A DNA stretch of 56,841 nucleotides from a virus (Duplodnaviria > Caudoviricetes). Both the position numbers and the translations under genes were made by a program. The notes below the pieces were generated by a model that saw nothing but the letters and a program-made list of their open reading frames with translations, had not been told where the DNA came from and searched no databases. The DNA lies in IMG/VR virus record IMGVR_UViG_3300049811_000087, positions 1 to 56,841 of that record; one strand, written 5' to 3'. Shown one piece after another: positions 40,525 to 47,867 of the stretch. Position 1 is the first letter of the stretch. Each line of letters starts with the position of its first letter.

Positions 40525-40808
40525 TGAGCATTTTTGTTGATGAACCAAAAGTCGTGCCGTTTTCTGACGAAGAGACGTCTACTGACAAGACCGAAGCTGC
40601 TCATATTGTCAAAACGGAGGGTAATGAAGACGCGACAGCTAAAGTCCTTGAAGCCCGTATTCACGGACTCGTTTTGGAAGCCTTGTGTGGATATCGATGG
40701 ATACCTTCACGAGATCCGAAGCAACTCCCGGTATGTGAAGAATGCAAAGAGATATACGAGACATACAAGATGTTCAACGACGGACTGAACGAAAGACCTA
40801 GTGTATGA
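40524..40808 (+). CDS. DUF3039 family protein (actinobacterial, Zn-binding)
   Basis: HIVK...ALCG..WIPSRDP...PVCEECKEIYE. Confidence 0.75.
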   Translation: MSIFVDEPKVVPFSDEETSTDKTEAAHIVKTEGNEDATAKVLEARIHGLVLEALCGYRWIPSRDPKQLPVCEECKEIYETYKMFNDGLNERPSV

Positions 40809-41050
40809 AGATTATCATTAACTCGCCTGCTGAAAACCCGGGATACGCAACTTCCATAAATACTGGAGCAATGCAAATCACAGTGCTCGAGTGTTTTAGC
40901 GGGGTCAGGTTTATTACTAAAGATGGTGAAATTATGACTATATCTATGCGAGACTCTGGTTTTGAAGGAACCTATCAAGATGCACCTGGGTCTCCTGTTC
41001 ATGAATTCGAGTACAAAAATGGAGAACACGTTGGTAAGTTTATTAATTAG
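40805..41050 (+). CDS. Hypothetical protein
   Basis: ATGA overlap. Confidence 0.55.
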   Translation: MKIIINSPAENPGYATSINTGAMQITVLECFSGVRFITKDGEIMTISMRDSGFEGTYQDAPGSPVHEFEYKNGEHVGKFIN

Positions 41051-41069
41051 GAAACAATAAGTTACTGTT

Positions 41070-41258
41070 ATGAGTGCTAGAATTCCAAAAGAACTAACCG
41101 TTCGAGTTTACGACAAAGACGGAAATCTTGTAGAAAAAACAACAAGTCGAGCTATTAGCACACCAAAAGGAATTGGTAGGCTTTTAATGAGCGAAGGCAT
41201 AAAAGCAGTTGAAGTACATCATGTTGACGGCACATCGACTGAATTTTCGATAAAGTAA
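41070..41258 (+). CDS. Hypothetical protein
   Basis: ORF fills gap in operon. Confidence 0.45.
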   Translation: MSARIPKELTVRVYDKDGNLVEKTTSRAISTPKGIGRLLMSEGIKAVEVHHVDGTSTEFSIK

Positions 41259-41286
41259 ATAACTCTTTTTAACAACAGGAGGATAA

Positions 41287-41607
41287 ATGAGTAAAGCAAA
41301 CCTTATTTTAACCAGTATCATCGGAGTTCTCCTTTGTGTTGGTGTCATTATCGGAGGCTGGCAGCTTGGCTGGTGGCTCAAGAGCGAGACTGTAAATCGC
41401 AATGCTGTGATCTTGCAGGACTCGTACGGACGTCAGAACGCTCTCGTTGAGGGTATTCTTGACGATGTCCGTGAAACTGAGATGGGTAATCTTCCGCCTC
41501 AGCAGGTTGTTGCCATCACAAGCCAGATCTGTGATTCAGCAGCAAAGCTCAGTGGTTCCATTCAACTGCCGCCAAACGCGGCTTCATTTGTAGCGAGGGA
41601 ATGTTAA
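41287..41607 (+). CDS. Membrane protein
   Basis: AGGAGG RBS; N-terminal TM; C-terminal Cys pair. Confidence 0.65.
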   Translation: MSKANLILTSIIGVLLCVGVIIGGWQLGWWLKSETVNRNAVILQDSYGRQNALVEGILDDVRETEMGNLPPQQVVAITSQICDSAAKLSGSIQLPPNAASFVAREC

Positions 41608-41608
41608 T

Positions 41609-42169
41609 ATGAAGAAGACAATGGTTATGATTCTGGTTGCACTCAGCCTTGTAGCTGTGGGTTGTACCGGAGCAGAAGACAACGCGACGGAGAAGGATAA
41701 TCGGACTGCTCAGGATCAGTTGACGCAGTTCCAGCAGGCTCAGCCTGTTCCAGTGTTCAGTCAGTCTCAGCTTCGGCAAAACCTGATTGATATTGCAACC
41801 GCGCAGGCAGAGGCTACGGCAACTACGTCGTTCTTTTTCAATCAGGGCATCATTGATCCGATTCATAGTTGCCCAAGCGTTGGGTTTCCAATTCCAGGAA
41901 CGTTCCAGCTCACCAACCCAGAAGGAGCAGTTCGAATCGGGGGAGTAGACTCGACTCGATACGTTCTTCCTCAGCTTGAGTCAACTGGTGTTTACAGTGG
42001 CGAAACTACTGGCACAACCGTTATCTGCATCGACGAGAATGGTAAGGGCTACGCGCACTGGTGGGAGGGGTTTGTCTCTACCGTTGCTGGCCCCGCCACT
42101 TGGAATGCAGAAGCCAAGCAAATTGATATGACCGGGTCTCCTACTGCGGAATTTGATACTGGTAAGTAG
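41609..42169 (+). CDS. Lipoprotein
   Basis: MKK + hydrophobic stretch + LVAVGC lipobox. Confidence 0.7.
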   Translation: MKKTMVMILVALSLVAVGCTGAEDNATEKDNRTAQDQLTQFQQAQPVPVFSQSQLRQNLIDIATAQAEATATTSFFFNQGIIDPIHSCPSVGFPIPGTFQLTNPEGAVRIGGVDSTRYVLPQLESTGVYSGETTGTTVICIDENGKGYAHWWEGFVSTVAGPATWNAEAKQIDMTGSPTAEFDTGK

Positions 42170-42240
42170 TAACAATTTTCCTCTGACCCGGAGGAAACTG
42201 GTACTGAATCGCTTGGTCCTGGATCCCAAGTTTACATTCA

Positions 42241-42299
42241 GATCAGCCACACTGATAAGTCGCTACAACGTCGAAACAGTAAGGCAGTTTTTGGCGATC
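42241..42299 (+). ncRNA. Degenerate hammerhead-ribozyme-like element upstream of tRNA-Lys
   Basis: Stem I GATC(A)GCCA/TGGCGATC; core CTGATAA...GAAAC...GTT; imperfect stems II and III. Confidence 0.25.
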
Positions 42300-42313
42300 C
42301 TGCTGGGTATTTC

Positions 42314-42387
42314 GCTCCTCTAGCTCAATTGGTTAGAGCAACGGACTTTTAATCCGAAGGTTCTGGGTTCAAGTCCCAGGGGGAGCA
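42314..42387 (+). tRNA. tRNA-Lys(UUU)
   Basis: GCTCCTC/GGGGAGC acceptor, GCTC/GAGC D stem, CTTTTAA anticodon loop, GTTCAAGT T loop; CCA not encoded. Confidence 0.9.
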
Positions 42388-42423
42388 CTGTAATCAACCA
42401 TTTTTAATTCAAAGGAGAGTGCC

Positions 42424-42636
42424 ATGATTGATTTGGTTCCAGTAAAAGTACACAACGTTTTTACGCAGCAGAGCGATGATACGACTTGGTGTGATTTTAT
42501 CATCCCAGTTCTCAACATGGCCGGACTTACTACCGCGGATATTCGTTTCGATATCTGGGAAGTCGATGACCCAGATGACCCTCGTATCGAAGCGTTTGCA
42601 GAGCGAGTGTTCGAGCTGTTTTTGGAGGGGCTCTAA
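42424..42636 (+). CDS. Hypothetical protein
   Basis: AAGGAG RBS. Confidence 0.6.
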   Translation: MIDLVPVKVHNVFTQQSDDTTWCDFIIPVLNMAGLTTADIRFDIWEVDDPDDPRIEAFAERVFELFLEGL

Positions 42637-42857
42637 TGCCCGTTATTAAAGACCCTGATTCAAAGGCCGCCGTTCATCTTGCTGATCCATCAAGAGAGTC
42701 TGGGCCTTACGGTCCTTATGCGTACTGTCGTTTTATCAAGAATAGACAGATTACAACCAACATCGACGAAGTTACCTGTCTGCATTGCATCAAGAAATTC
42801 AAAGGAATGCCTCATCTTGACCGAAAAGTTGAAAGAACCGCTTGGTCTGATTCATAG
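42636..42857 (+). CDS. Small Zn-binding protein
   Basis: VH...C...VTCLHC. Confidence 0.55.
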   Translation: MPVIKDPDSKAAVHLADPSRESGPYGPYAYCRFIKNRQITTNIDEVTCLHCIKKFKGMPHLDRKVERTAWSDS

Positions 42858-42863
42858 TTCGTT

Positions 42864-42996
42864 TGACAGAGTGTTGAAAAACACACTAACAACCAAACCC
42901 AAGTGACGACTGCGTGCGGTTGCTCTGTCATCCGAATAGTCGGGGTAGGTCTGTGGACAGGTAAGAGGCATCCCAGCGCCCGCCTACCTTGACTAT
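42864..42996 (+). ncRNA. Intergenic structured RNA candidate (two closed domains)
   Basis: TGACAGAG/CTCTGTCA and a 14-bp ATAGTCGGGGTAGG/CCTACCTTGACTAT stem. Confidence 0.35.
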
Positions 42997-43013
42997 ATTT
43001 AATAGGAGGAAAA

Positions 43014-43247
43014 TTGAGTAAGTTAAAAGAAGTTGAAGTTCTTATTCAAAAACATAAAAGACAACTAGAAAAAGATGGGGGTATTTGGGACCCAGACGAG
43101 TTTTCTCTCGTTGTCACCCAAGAAGAGTGGCGAGACATTCAAATAAACCCTTATATTCTAGAGCTTTTCGGTGGTTCTCAAATCGCAGCCCAAGAATTTA
43201 TAAATACCAAAAAGTTGTTTGGTGTGAAGATAGAAATCGAGGAGTAG
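43014..43247 (+). CDS. Hypothetical protein
   Basis: AGGAGG RBS with TTG start; similar to the next gene. Confidence 0.55.
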   Translation: MSKLKEVEVLIQKHKRQLEKDGGIWDPDEFSLVVTQEEWRDIQINPYILELFGGSQIAAQEFINTKKLFGVKIEIEE

Positions 43248-43250
43248 CTA

Positions 43251-43475
43251 ATGGTCCAAAAAGTTAGAGATACAATCCGAGATCTTCGTCGTAGAGCTGG
43301 ACTAGACGCAGAACCATATGTGCCAGCACAACTTCCAATTCGTTTGACTCAAACACAGTGGGACGCTTTTCTGGTGGACCCATATTTGGCGGTTCTTCAC
43401 TCACCAGAAGGAATCGCTTTAATTGCCAATAACCGACAGTACCTCGGGCACCCTATTGAGATTGTTGAGAATTGA
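43251..43475 (+). CDS. Hypothetical protein (paralogue of 43014..43247)
   Basis: TQ..W.....PY...L...G..IEI shared. Confidence 0.55.
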   Translation: MVQKVRDTIRDLRRRAGLDAEPYVPAQLPIRLTQTQWDAFLVDPYLAVLHSPEGIALIANNRQYLGHPIEIVEN

Positions 43476-43681
43476 TGTACCTCGTACACTATTTGTTTTA
43501 TAAGATCAACTACGACGCTGAGACTGATTGGGGATATTACACTGACGTCAAAGCCAAGTCGTTTGGTTCGCCTCAAGAAGAAAACAGCTTTACCAGTGAG
43601 ATGCGCAAGCAGGGTTACATGACCAAGCGGGTCCCAGAGGATATCTACAATCTTGCTTGTTGTAATGTAGAGGTTATTTAA
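43472..43681 (+). CDS. Hypothetical protein
   Basis: Overlapping ORF in operon. Confidence 0.5.
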   Translation: MMYLVHYLFYKINYDAETDWGYYTDVKAKSFGSPQEENSFTSEMRKQGYMTKRVPEDIYNLACCNVEVI

Positions 43682-43682
43682 A

Positions 43683-43919
43683 ATGTTCATTCAACTACGT
43701 GGTGATGGAAAGCGATTGATCAACGTAACTCAGATCAACACGTTGGCTATATCAATCACTCCTGAAAAGCAGTTTTGTGTTTCTTTCATAATGATCAACG
43801 AGCTCGAGATCAACTCAGAGAAGTATGACACTATAGAAGAGGCACAAGACGAATACGACGATATTTACAGGAAACTTTATCAAGTACTTAATCCTAGACA
43901 AACACTAACAAGGAGATAA
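43683..43919 (+). CDS. Hypothetical protein
   Basis: MFIQL...IN..QI; similar to 44415..44618. Confidence 0.55.
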   Translation: MFIQLRGDGKRLINVTQINTLAISITPEKQFCVSFIMINELEINSEKYDTIEEAQDEYDDIYRKLYQVLNPRQTLTRR

Positions 43920-43925
43920 TTAAAA

Positions 43926-44312
43926 ATGCTGGAAGATCTTGGTAATTGCGTGAAGATTCACGATCAGACCATCCCCGCGGTAAACATCCAGGTAGAAGAC
44001 TTCCCAAGGTGGTCCGAAGAGCACAACACCTGGTACGGAATCTACTTCGAGATCCTGTTCGAAGACGGAACGCTTTGGGAAGTTGAGCGTGTGACTGAAG
44101 ACAGTCACATCATTGTGAACGTCTACCCAAATTGGTACAAAGCGAATAGCGGCTTGCTGGAGTTCAGCCAGTTCGCTTACATGGACGGCTCGATTCGGGG
44201 TTGTCGATACGACACCTGGGGAGCATTTCTCACCCTTTACCACATCAAGTTGCACGGTATGGAGCTTACCAAGCGAATTCATTGGAGCGAGCATGGAGAG
44301 TTGTGCGGCTAG
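43926..44312 (+). CDS. Hypothetical protein (paralogue of 45151..45504)
   Basis: LEDLGNCVKI...TWYGIYFE.LFEDGTLWEVE shared. Confidence 0.65.
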   Translation: MLEDLGNCVKIHDQTIPAVNIQVEDFPRWSEEHNTWYGIYFEILFEDGTLWEVERVTEDSHIIVNVYPNWYKANSGLLEFSQFAYMDGSIRGCRYDTWGAFLTLYHIKLHGMELTKRIHWSEHGELCG

Positions 44313-44321
44313 CTCCCTCAA

Positions 44322-44397
44322 GGGCCGGTAGCATGTTCTGGTAAATGCACCGAGCTTATATCTCGGCGATAGGTGGGTTCAAATCCCCCCCGGCCTA
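44322..44397 (+). tRNA. tRNA-Ile(UAU)
   Basis: GGGCCGG/CCGGCCT acceptor, GCAT/ATGC D stem, CCGAG-CTTATAT-CTCGG anticodon arm, GTTCAAAT T loop. Confidence 0.85.
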
Positions 44398-44414
44398 CTA
44401 ACAGAAAGAAACTT

Positions 44415-44618
44415 ATGTTTGTTAAACTAGGAACAACGCATTACAACCCCCAACACATTATAAGCATTGAGCCAATGTTTCTGAATTTCCATACTGATAA
44501 ATGGGAAATTAGAATGAGTCTTTCAAACGGAGCTTTAATCCAACTTTATACTGGAACGAAACAAGAAGTGCTTGTTGAGCTTGATGAAATTATGGAAGTG
44601 ATTCAAGAGGCCTCATGA
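44415..44618 (+). CDS. Hypothetical protein
   Basis: ATG 44415 (MFVKLG...NPQHI); the track start lies inside the tRNA. Confidence 0.55.
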   Translation: MFVKLGTTHYNPQHIISIEPMFLNFHTDKWEIRMSLSNGALIQLYTGTKQEVLVELDEIMEVIQEAS

Positions 44619-44866
44619 CTTTTGCAATGACGTTCGGCCAATGGGTCCGCACTTGGTATTTCTGGGCCCTAGTTATCTTAGTTGTCGTTATGTTTGCGTG
44701 GCTGGTTATTCTTAATTATCGAGACAAAAACGTAAGCGTTTGCCCAACTTGCTATAGCGATAGAAAACGCGTTCGATATCCTGTAAAATACTGGATGTCA
44801 GACAACCTTTCAACGGTGGAGCCTTGTGAAGACGCATGGCATGGTAAATATGTAGATCCGTACTAG
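44615..44866 (+). CDS. Membrane protein with CxxC motif
   Basis: TM segment; CPTC...C...WH. Confidence 0.55.
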   Translation: MTFAMTFGQWVRTWYFWALVILVVVMFAWLVILNYRDKNVSVCPTCYSDRKRVRYPVKYWMSDNLSTVEPCEDAWHGKYVDPY

Positions 44867-44876
44867 AAGGAAACTA

Positions 44877-45071
44877 ATGACTTTTGCTCAGTGGCAATCT
44901 TCAAAAGGAATTACCCCTTGGGTTTTCAAAAAGCCTCATTTGCGTTTTGGTATAGAAGACGTACAAATGGCCTTTCAAGCTTTAGCTTCGTCTTTAGAAG
45001 CTTTAACTGACGCATCTAAAAAAACCGAAAAAGCTTTTACCTTTTTAATCAACTCAATTAATAAGGAGTAA
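44877..45071 (+). CDS. Hypothetical protein (paralogue of 37903..38088)
   Basis: AAGGA RBS; shared N-terminus. Confidence 0.55.
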   Translation: MTFAQWQSSKGITPWVFKKPHLRFGIEDVQMAFQALASSLEALTDASKKTEKAFTFLINSINKE

Positions 45072-45074
45072 TCT

Positions 45075-45149
45075 ATGGAAATCTTACTTATCCCTTTTAT
45101 TTCTTTTATTGTAGCGCTTATTGTTGCTTTTCTAATCAGCAGGAGATAA
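45075..45149 (+). CDS. 24-aa hydrophobic peptide (not in ORF track)
   Basis: AAGGAG RBS; MEILLIPFISFIVALIVAFLISRR. Confidence 0.45.
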   Translation: MEILLIPFISFIVALIVAFLISRR

Positions 45150-45150
45150 C

Positions 45151-45504
45151 ATGGACATCTTGGAAGACCTTGGTAATTGTGTGAAGATTAATGACGTGAT
45201 CATTCCAGCAGTAAACATCCAGGTCGAGGGATTCCCAAAGTGGATCGATGCCACCTGGTACGGCATCTACTTTGAAGTCTTGTTTGAAGACGGGACGCTT
45301 TGGGAGGTTGAGCAGCGCCACGCAGATCTTCCTGTTGTGATCATGATATATCCCTTCTGGGGGGTCAGTCGTAAACTCTTTTGTGTTGTTAGCCAGCACG
45401 AAAACTGGGTGGACTTCTTGAATCTCTACCAGACTAATCTGTTTGTTCGAGATCGAACGAAAGAACTTCATTGGTTGGACTACAAGCATTGGATGGCTGC
45501 GTAA
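45151..45504 (+). CDS. Hypothetical protein (paralogue of 43926..44312)
   Basis: AGGAG RBS; shared N-terminal half. Confidence 0.65.
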   Translation: MDILEDLGNCVKINDVIIPAVNIQVEGFPKWIDATWYGIYFEVLFEDGTLWEVEQRHADLPVVIMIYPFWGVSRKLFCVVSQHENWVDFLNLYQTNLFVRDRTKELHWLDYKHWMAA

Positions 45505-45692
45505 TGGCTAGAATTGATCAACCGATTCTTGAATGTGACAGGTGTAAGGCCCGAACGAGCGACCTAAAGGAAATGGCTAATTATATTCAGTTGTACCAGA
45601 ACCCTATCTCGCAAAAGGAACAGAAGTTTGATCTTTGTCGTTCTTGTGCGAGGGACTTCTTTGAATTCTTCATGCGTGGAAGGATGATCTAA
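45504..45692 (+). CDS. Small Zn-finger protein
   Basis: CDRC...DLCRSC; TAATG overlap. Confidence 0.6.
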   Translation: MARIDQPILECDRCKARTSDLKEMANYIQLYQNPISQKEQKFDLCRSCARDFFEFFMRGRMI

Positions 45693-45698
45693 CCTAAC

Positions 45699-45783
45699 GC
45701 CACCATGGCGGAATAGGCAGACGCATTCGGCTTAAACCCGAAGGACTGTGATGGTCGTGGGGGTTCGAATCCCCCTGGTGGCA
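45699..45783 (+). tRNA. tRNA-Leu(UAA)
   Basis: GCCACCA/TGGTGGC acceptor, TTCGG-CTTAAAC-CCGAA anticodon arm, long variable arm, GGGGG-TTCGAAT-CCCCC T arm. Confidence 0.9.
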
Positions 45784-45856
45784 CGCTGAAAAGCAAACAA
45801 AAAAGTGGGGCCCGACATAGTAATCAAAACACTAATGAAGCGTAATAATAGAAAAC

Positions 45857-46246
45857 ATGATTCAATTACCGGTATTGTTCAATGGAACGGAACTTGTTGG
45901 AACTCTTCTCATTGAGGAAAGAATTCTCCAACTGTACGGTAACGGCCGAGACGTAATCTTCAATCCAACAATCGTCTCAAAGAGCTCTGTAGATGAAGAC
46001 GGAAACGCCGACACTACGCTTGAAATTACAGCTCTTAATGCCTTTGTCTTGCCGTCCGAACCAACCGTAGGGCCTAAAAGCCCACATCTAACCGGGTACA
46101 TTTGGGAATGCGAGGCGGGACACGAAAGCTACGTTTCAGATATTGAAATGCGGCTGGTTAATCGCACGCCCAATTGCCCTGTAGTACTAGAATCTGGAGT
46201 TGTGTGTCATAAACCGCTTATTCATAGATTGCGTTTAGCAGACTAA
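45857..46246 (+). CDS. Hypothetical protein with C-terminal Zn ribbon
   Basis: WECEAGH...CP...C. Confidence 0.55.
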   Translation: MIQLPVLFNGTELVGTLLIEERILQLYGNGRDVIFNPTIVSKSSVDEDGNADTTLEITALNAFVLPSEPTVGPKSPHLTGYIWECEAGHESYVSDIEMRLVNRTPNCPVVLESGVVCHKPLIHRLRLAD

Positions 46247-46265
46247 GCAAAAACTAACAAAATTC

Positions 46266-46285
46266 ACAACGCTTATAATGAGAGA
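46266..46285 (+). promoter_or_regulatory. Promoter-like motif copy 4
   Basis: ACAACGCTTATAATGAGAGA. Confidence 0.8.
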
Positions 46286-46314
46286 GAACACCAACCCCAT
46301 ACGGAGGAATCATC

Positions 46315-46554
46315 ATGGAAGAGTTCAACAGCATCGAGACCGAGCTGGAGACCGACACCGAAGAGACTGACACCGAGGCAGGTTCGGTTCTTGCCACCGT
46401 CGCCGTGTTCGGCATCGGCACCATCGTGGGTGCTGCTGCTGCACGTGGCTACGACAAGGCGAAGACCACCGTCAAGGAGCAGCTCGAGGCTCGTCGGGCC
46501 CGCAAGGCCGCGATCGCGAACGCCATCGAGACCACCGCCACAGAGGCGAAGTGA
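46315..46554 (+). CDS. Cassette gene: acidic N-terminus plus hydrophobic segment
   Basis: GGAGG RBS; GC3-rich codons. Confidence 0.7.
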   Translation: MEEFNSIETELETDTEETDTEAGSVLATVAVFGIGTIVGAAAARGYDKAKTTVKEQLEARRARKAAIANAIETTATEAK

Positions 46555-46558
46555 CTCA

Positions 46559-46610
46559 AGAGGAAGTGTCCCTTGTAGCGTAAAACCTACAAGGGCTCTT
46601 TCTTTTTCTT
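46559..46610 (+). terminator. Intrinsic terminator
   Basis: CCCTTGTAG/CTACAAGGG stem plus T-tract. Confidence 0.7.
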
Positions 46611-46621
46611 AAACAACTTTT

Positions 46622-46641
46622 ACAACGCCTATAATGAGAGA
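46622..46641 (+). promoter_or_regulatory. Promoter-like motif copy 5
   Basis: ACAACGCCTATAATGAGAGA. Confidence 0.8.
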
Positions 46642-46658
46642 CTACCAAAGGAGTTTAA

Positions 46659-46802
46659 ATGAGCGTACTGATCAGATTCTTCGATCTTGTCGAGAGCAAT
46701 CGTCAGCGTGAAGAAAAGCGTCGTCAGAACAAAAGCCGTAACCGGATGATGTTCATGACGTTCGGACTAGCTGGCTTGTTCCTGGGAAGGAAGAAGAGCT
46801 GA
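46659..46802 (+). CDS. Cassette gene, 47 aa (not in ORF track)
   Basis: AAGGAG RBS; MSVLIRFFDLVESNRQREEKRRQNKSRNRMMFMTFGLAGLFLGRKKS. Confidence 0.65.
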   Translation: MSVLIRFFDLVESNRQREEKRRQNKSRNRMMFMTFGLAGLFLGRKKS

Positions 46803-46827
46803 AGACACCCACTACCGGGTGGACTCT

Positions 46828-46859
46828 AAAAGAGGGGCACTGCGGTGCCTTTCTTTTTT
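46828..46859 (+). terminator. Intrinsic terminator
   Basis: AAAAGAGGGGCAC-TGCG-GTGCCTTTCTTTTTT. Confidence 0.7.
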
Positions 46860-46886
46860 GATTTAATCTAGTAAGGAGCTTTTGCT

Positions 46887-47072
46887 ATGTTTTTAGTTTT
46901 TATCCCACTGGGAATTTCTGCAGCGACTCTGGCGTACACCTATGTTGTGAGTAAGAAGATCAAAGAAGATATTGCTGTGTTGGATGGTACTCTCGAGGGT
47001 CTTATTGACGCTTTATATCAGGAACGCATTGACGGTATGTTTAAATTTATAACAGAAGAGCTCGACGATTAG
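46887..47072 (+). CDS. Small membrane protein
   Basis: AAGGAG RBS; N-terminal TM; no promoter motif of its own. Confidence 0.6.
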   Translation: MFLVFIPLGISAATLAYTYVVSKKIKEDIAVLDGTLEGLIDALYQERIDGMFKFITEELDD

Positions 47073-47080
47073 CATTTTTC

Positions 47081-47100
47081 GCAACGCTTATAATGAGAGA
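47081..47100 (+). promoter_or_regulatory. Promoter-like motif copy 6
   Basis: GCAACGCTTATAATGAGAGA. Confidence 0.8.
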
Positions 47101-47117
47101 CTACAGAGGAGAATGCA

Positions 47118-47282
47118 ATGTTTTGGATTGTTTATTCATACGTCGTCGCCGTTACCATCGGAATTCTCGGTTTCATCATCTGGAGCCTAAAGCAAGATCT
47201 TCACGCCGCAGATGAGTACATCGATGAACTCGAGGAAAAGTGCGATACGCTGGATAAGTTCCGACAGATCGTCATGAACTGA
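47118..47282 (+). CDS. Cassette gene, 54-aa TM plus coiled-coil peptide (not in ORF track)
   Basis: GAGGAG RBS; MFWIVYSYVVAVTIGILGFIIWSLKQDLHAADEYIDELEEK... Confidence 0.7.
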   Translation: MFWIVYSYVVAVTIGILGFIIWSLKQDLHAADEYIDELEEKCDTLDKFRQIVMN

Positions 47283-47290
47283 AGGAGTTG

Positions 47291-47330
47291 AAAAGTTGAG
47301 GGGGTTACTACAACCCCTCTTCTTTTTTCT
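47291..47330 (+). terminator. Intrinsic terminator
   Basis: GAGGGGGTT/AACCCCTC stem plus T-tract. Confidence 0.7.
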
Positions 47331-47340
47331 AACATATTTC

Positions 47341-47360
47341 ACAACGCCTATAATGAGAGA
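47341..47360 (+). promoter_or_regulatory. Promoter-like motif copy 7
   Basis: ACAACGCCTATAATGAGAGA. Confidence 0.8.
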
Positions 47361-47378
47361 CTACCAAAGGAGTAACCT

Positions 47379-47552
47379 ATGGAGAAGTTGAAGACCAAGC
47401 TCAAGAAGGAATGGGAAGAGCGCCCGATCATCGTGATCACAGCCGGAAGCGTGGCAGCAAGCATGCTGATCAAGCTGCTGGAAGTGACGAACGAGACGCG
47501 CAACTCCCGTGCCTGGGCGAAGGAGGTCAAGCGACGCTCCAAGATGTCCTGA
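47379..47552 (+). CDS. Cassette gene, 57 aa (not in ORF track)
   Basis: AAGGAG RBS; MEKLKTKLKKEWEERPIIVITAGSVAASMLIKLL... Confidence 0.7.
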   Translation: MEKLKTKLKKEWEERPIIVITAGSVAASMLIKLLEVTNETRNSRAWAKEVKRRSKMS

Positions 47553-47560
47553 GCAACATC

Positions 47561-47600
47561 TCAAAAGGAGAAGGCCCCACAAGGCTTTCTCTTTTTTCTT
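47561..47600 (+). terminator. Intrinsic terminator (repeat family)
   Basis: AAAAGGAGAAGGCC-CCACAA-GGCTTTCTCTTTTTT. Confidence 0.75.
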
Positions 47601-47610
47601 AACATTTTTC

Positions 47611-47630
47611 GCAACGCTTATAATGAGAGA
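47611..47630 (+). promoter_or_regulatory. Promoter-like motif copy 8
   Basis: GCAACGCTTATAATGAGAGA. Confidence 0.8.
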
Positions 47631-47644
47631 CATAAGGAGAAATC

Positions 47645-47779
47645 ATGCAGATGTACCAGATGTCAGAGAAAGAAGCATCACGAGCACTGGCCCGCTTTGT
47701 CGTCACATTTGTGGCGCTCAAGGTGGCCCTGTACGTGAGCATCAACCTACTGGCACGGGCACTTCGCGAGAAGTCCTGA
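47645..47779 (+). CDS. Cassette gene, 44-aa TM peptide (not in ORF track)
   Basis: AAGGAG RBS; MQMYQMSEKEASRALARFVVTFVALKVALYVSINLLARALREKS. Confidence 0.7.
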   Translation: MQMYQMSEKEASRALARFVVTFVALKVALYVSINLLARALREKS

Positions 47780-47781
47780 AG

Positions 47782-47820
47782 TCAAAAAGAGGGGGCCCCA
47801 CAAGGCTTTCTCTTTTTTCT
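47782..47820 (+). terminator. Intrinsic terminator (repeat family)
   Basis: AAAAAGAGGGGGCC-CCACAA-GGCTTTCTCTTTTTT. Confidence 0.75.
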
Positions 47821-47830
47821 AACATTTTTC

Positions 47831-47850
47831 GCAACGCTTATAATGAGAGA
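47831..47850 (+). promoter_or_regulatory. Promoter-like motif copy 9
   Basis: GCAACGCTTATAATGAGAGA. Confidence 0.8.
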
Positions 47851-47867
47851 CAACAAGAGGAGACATA

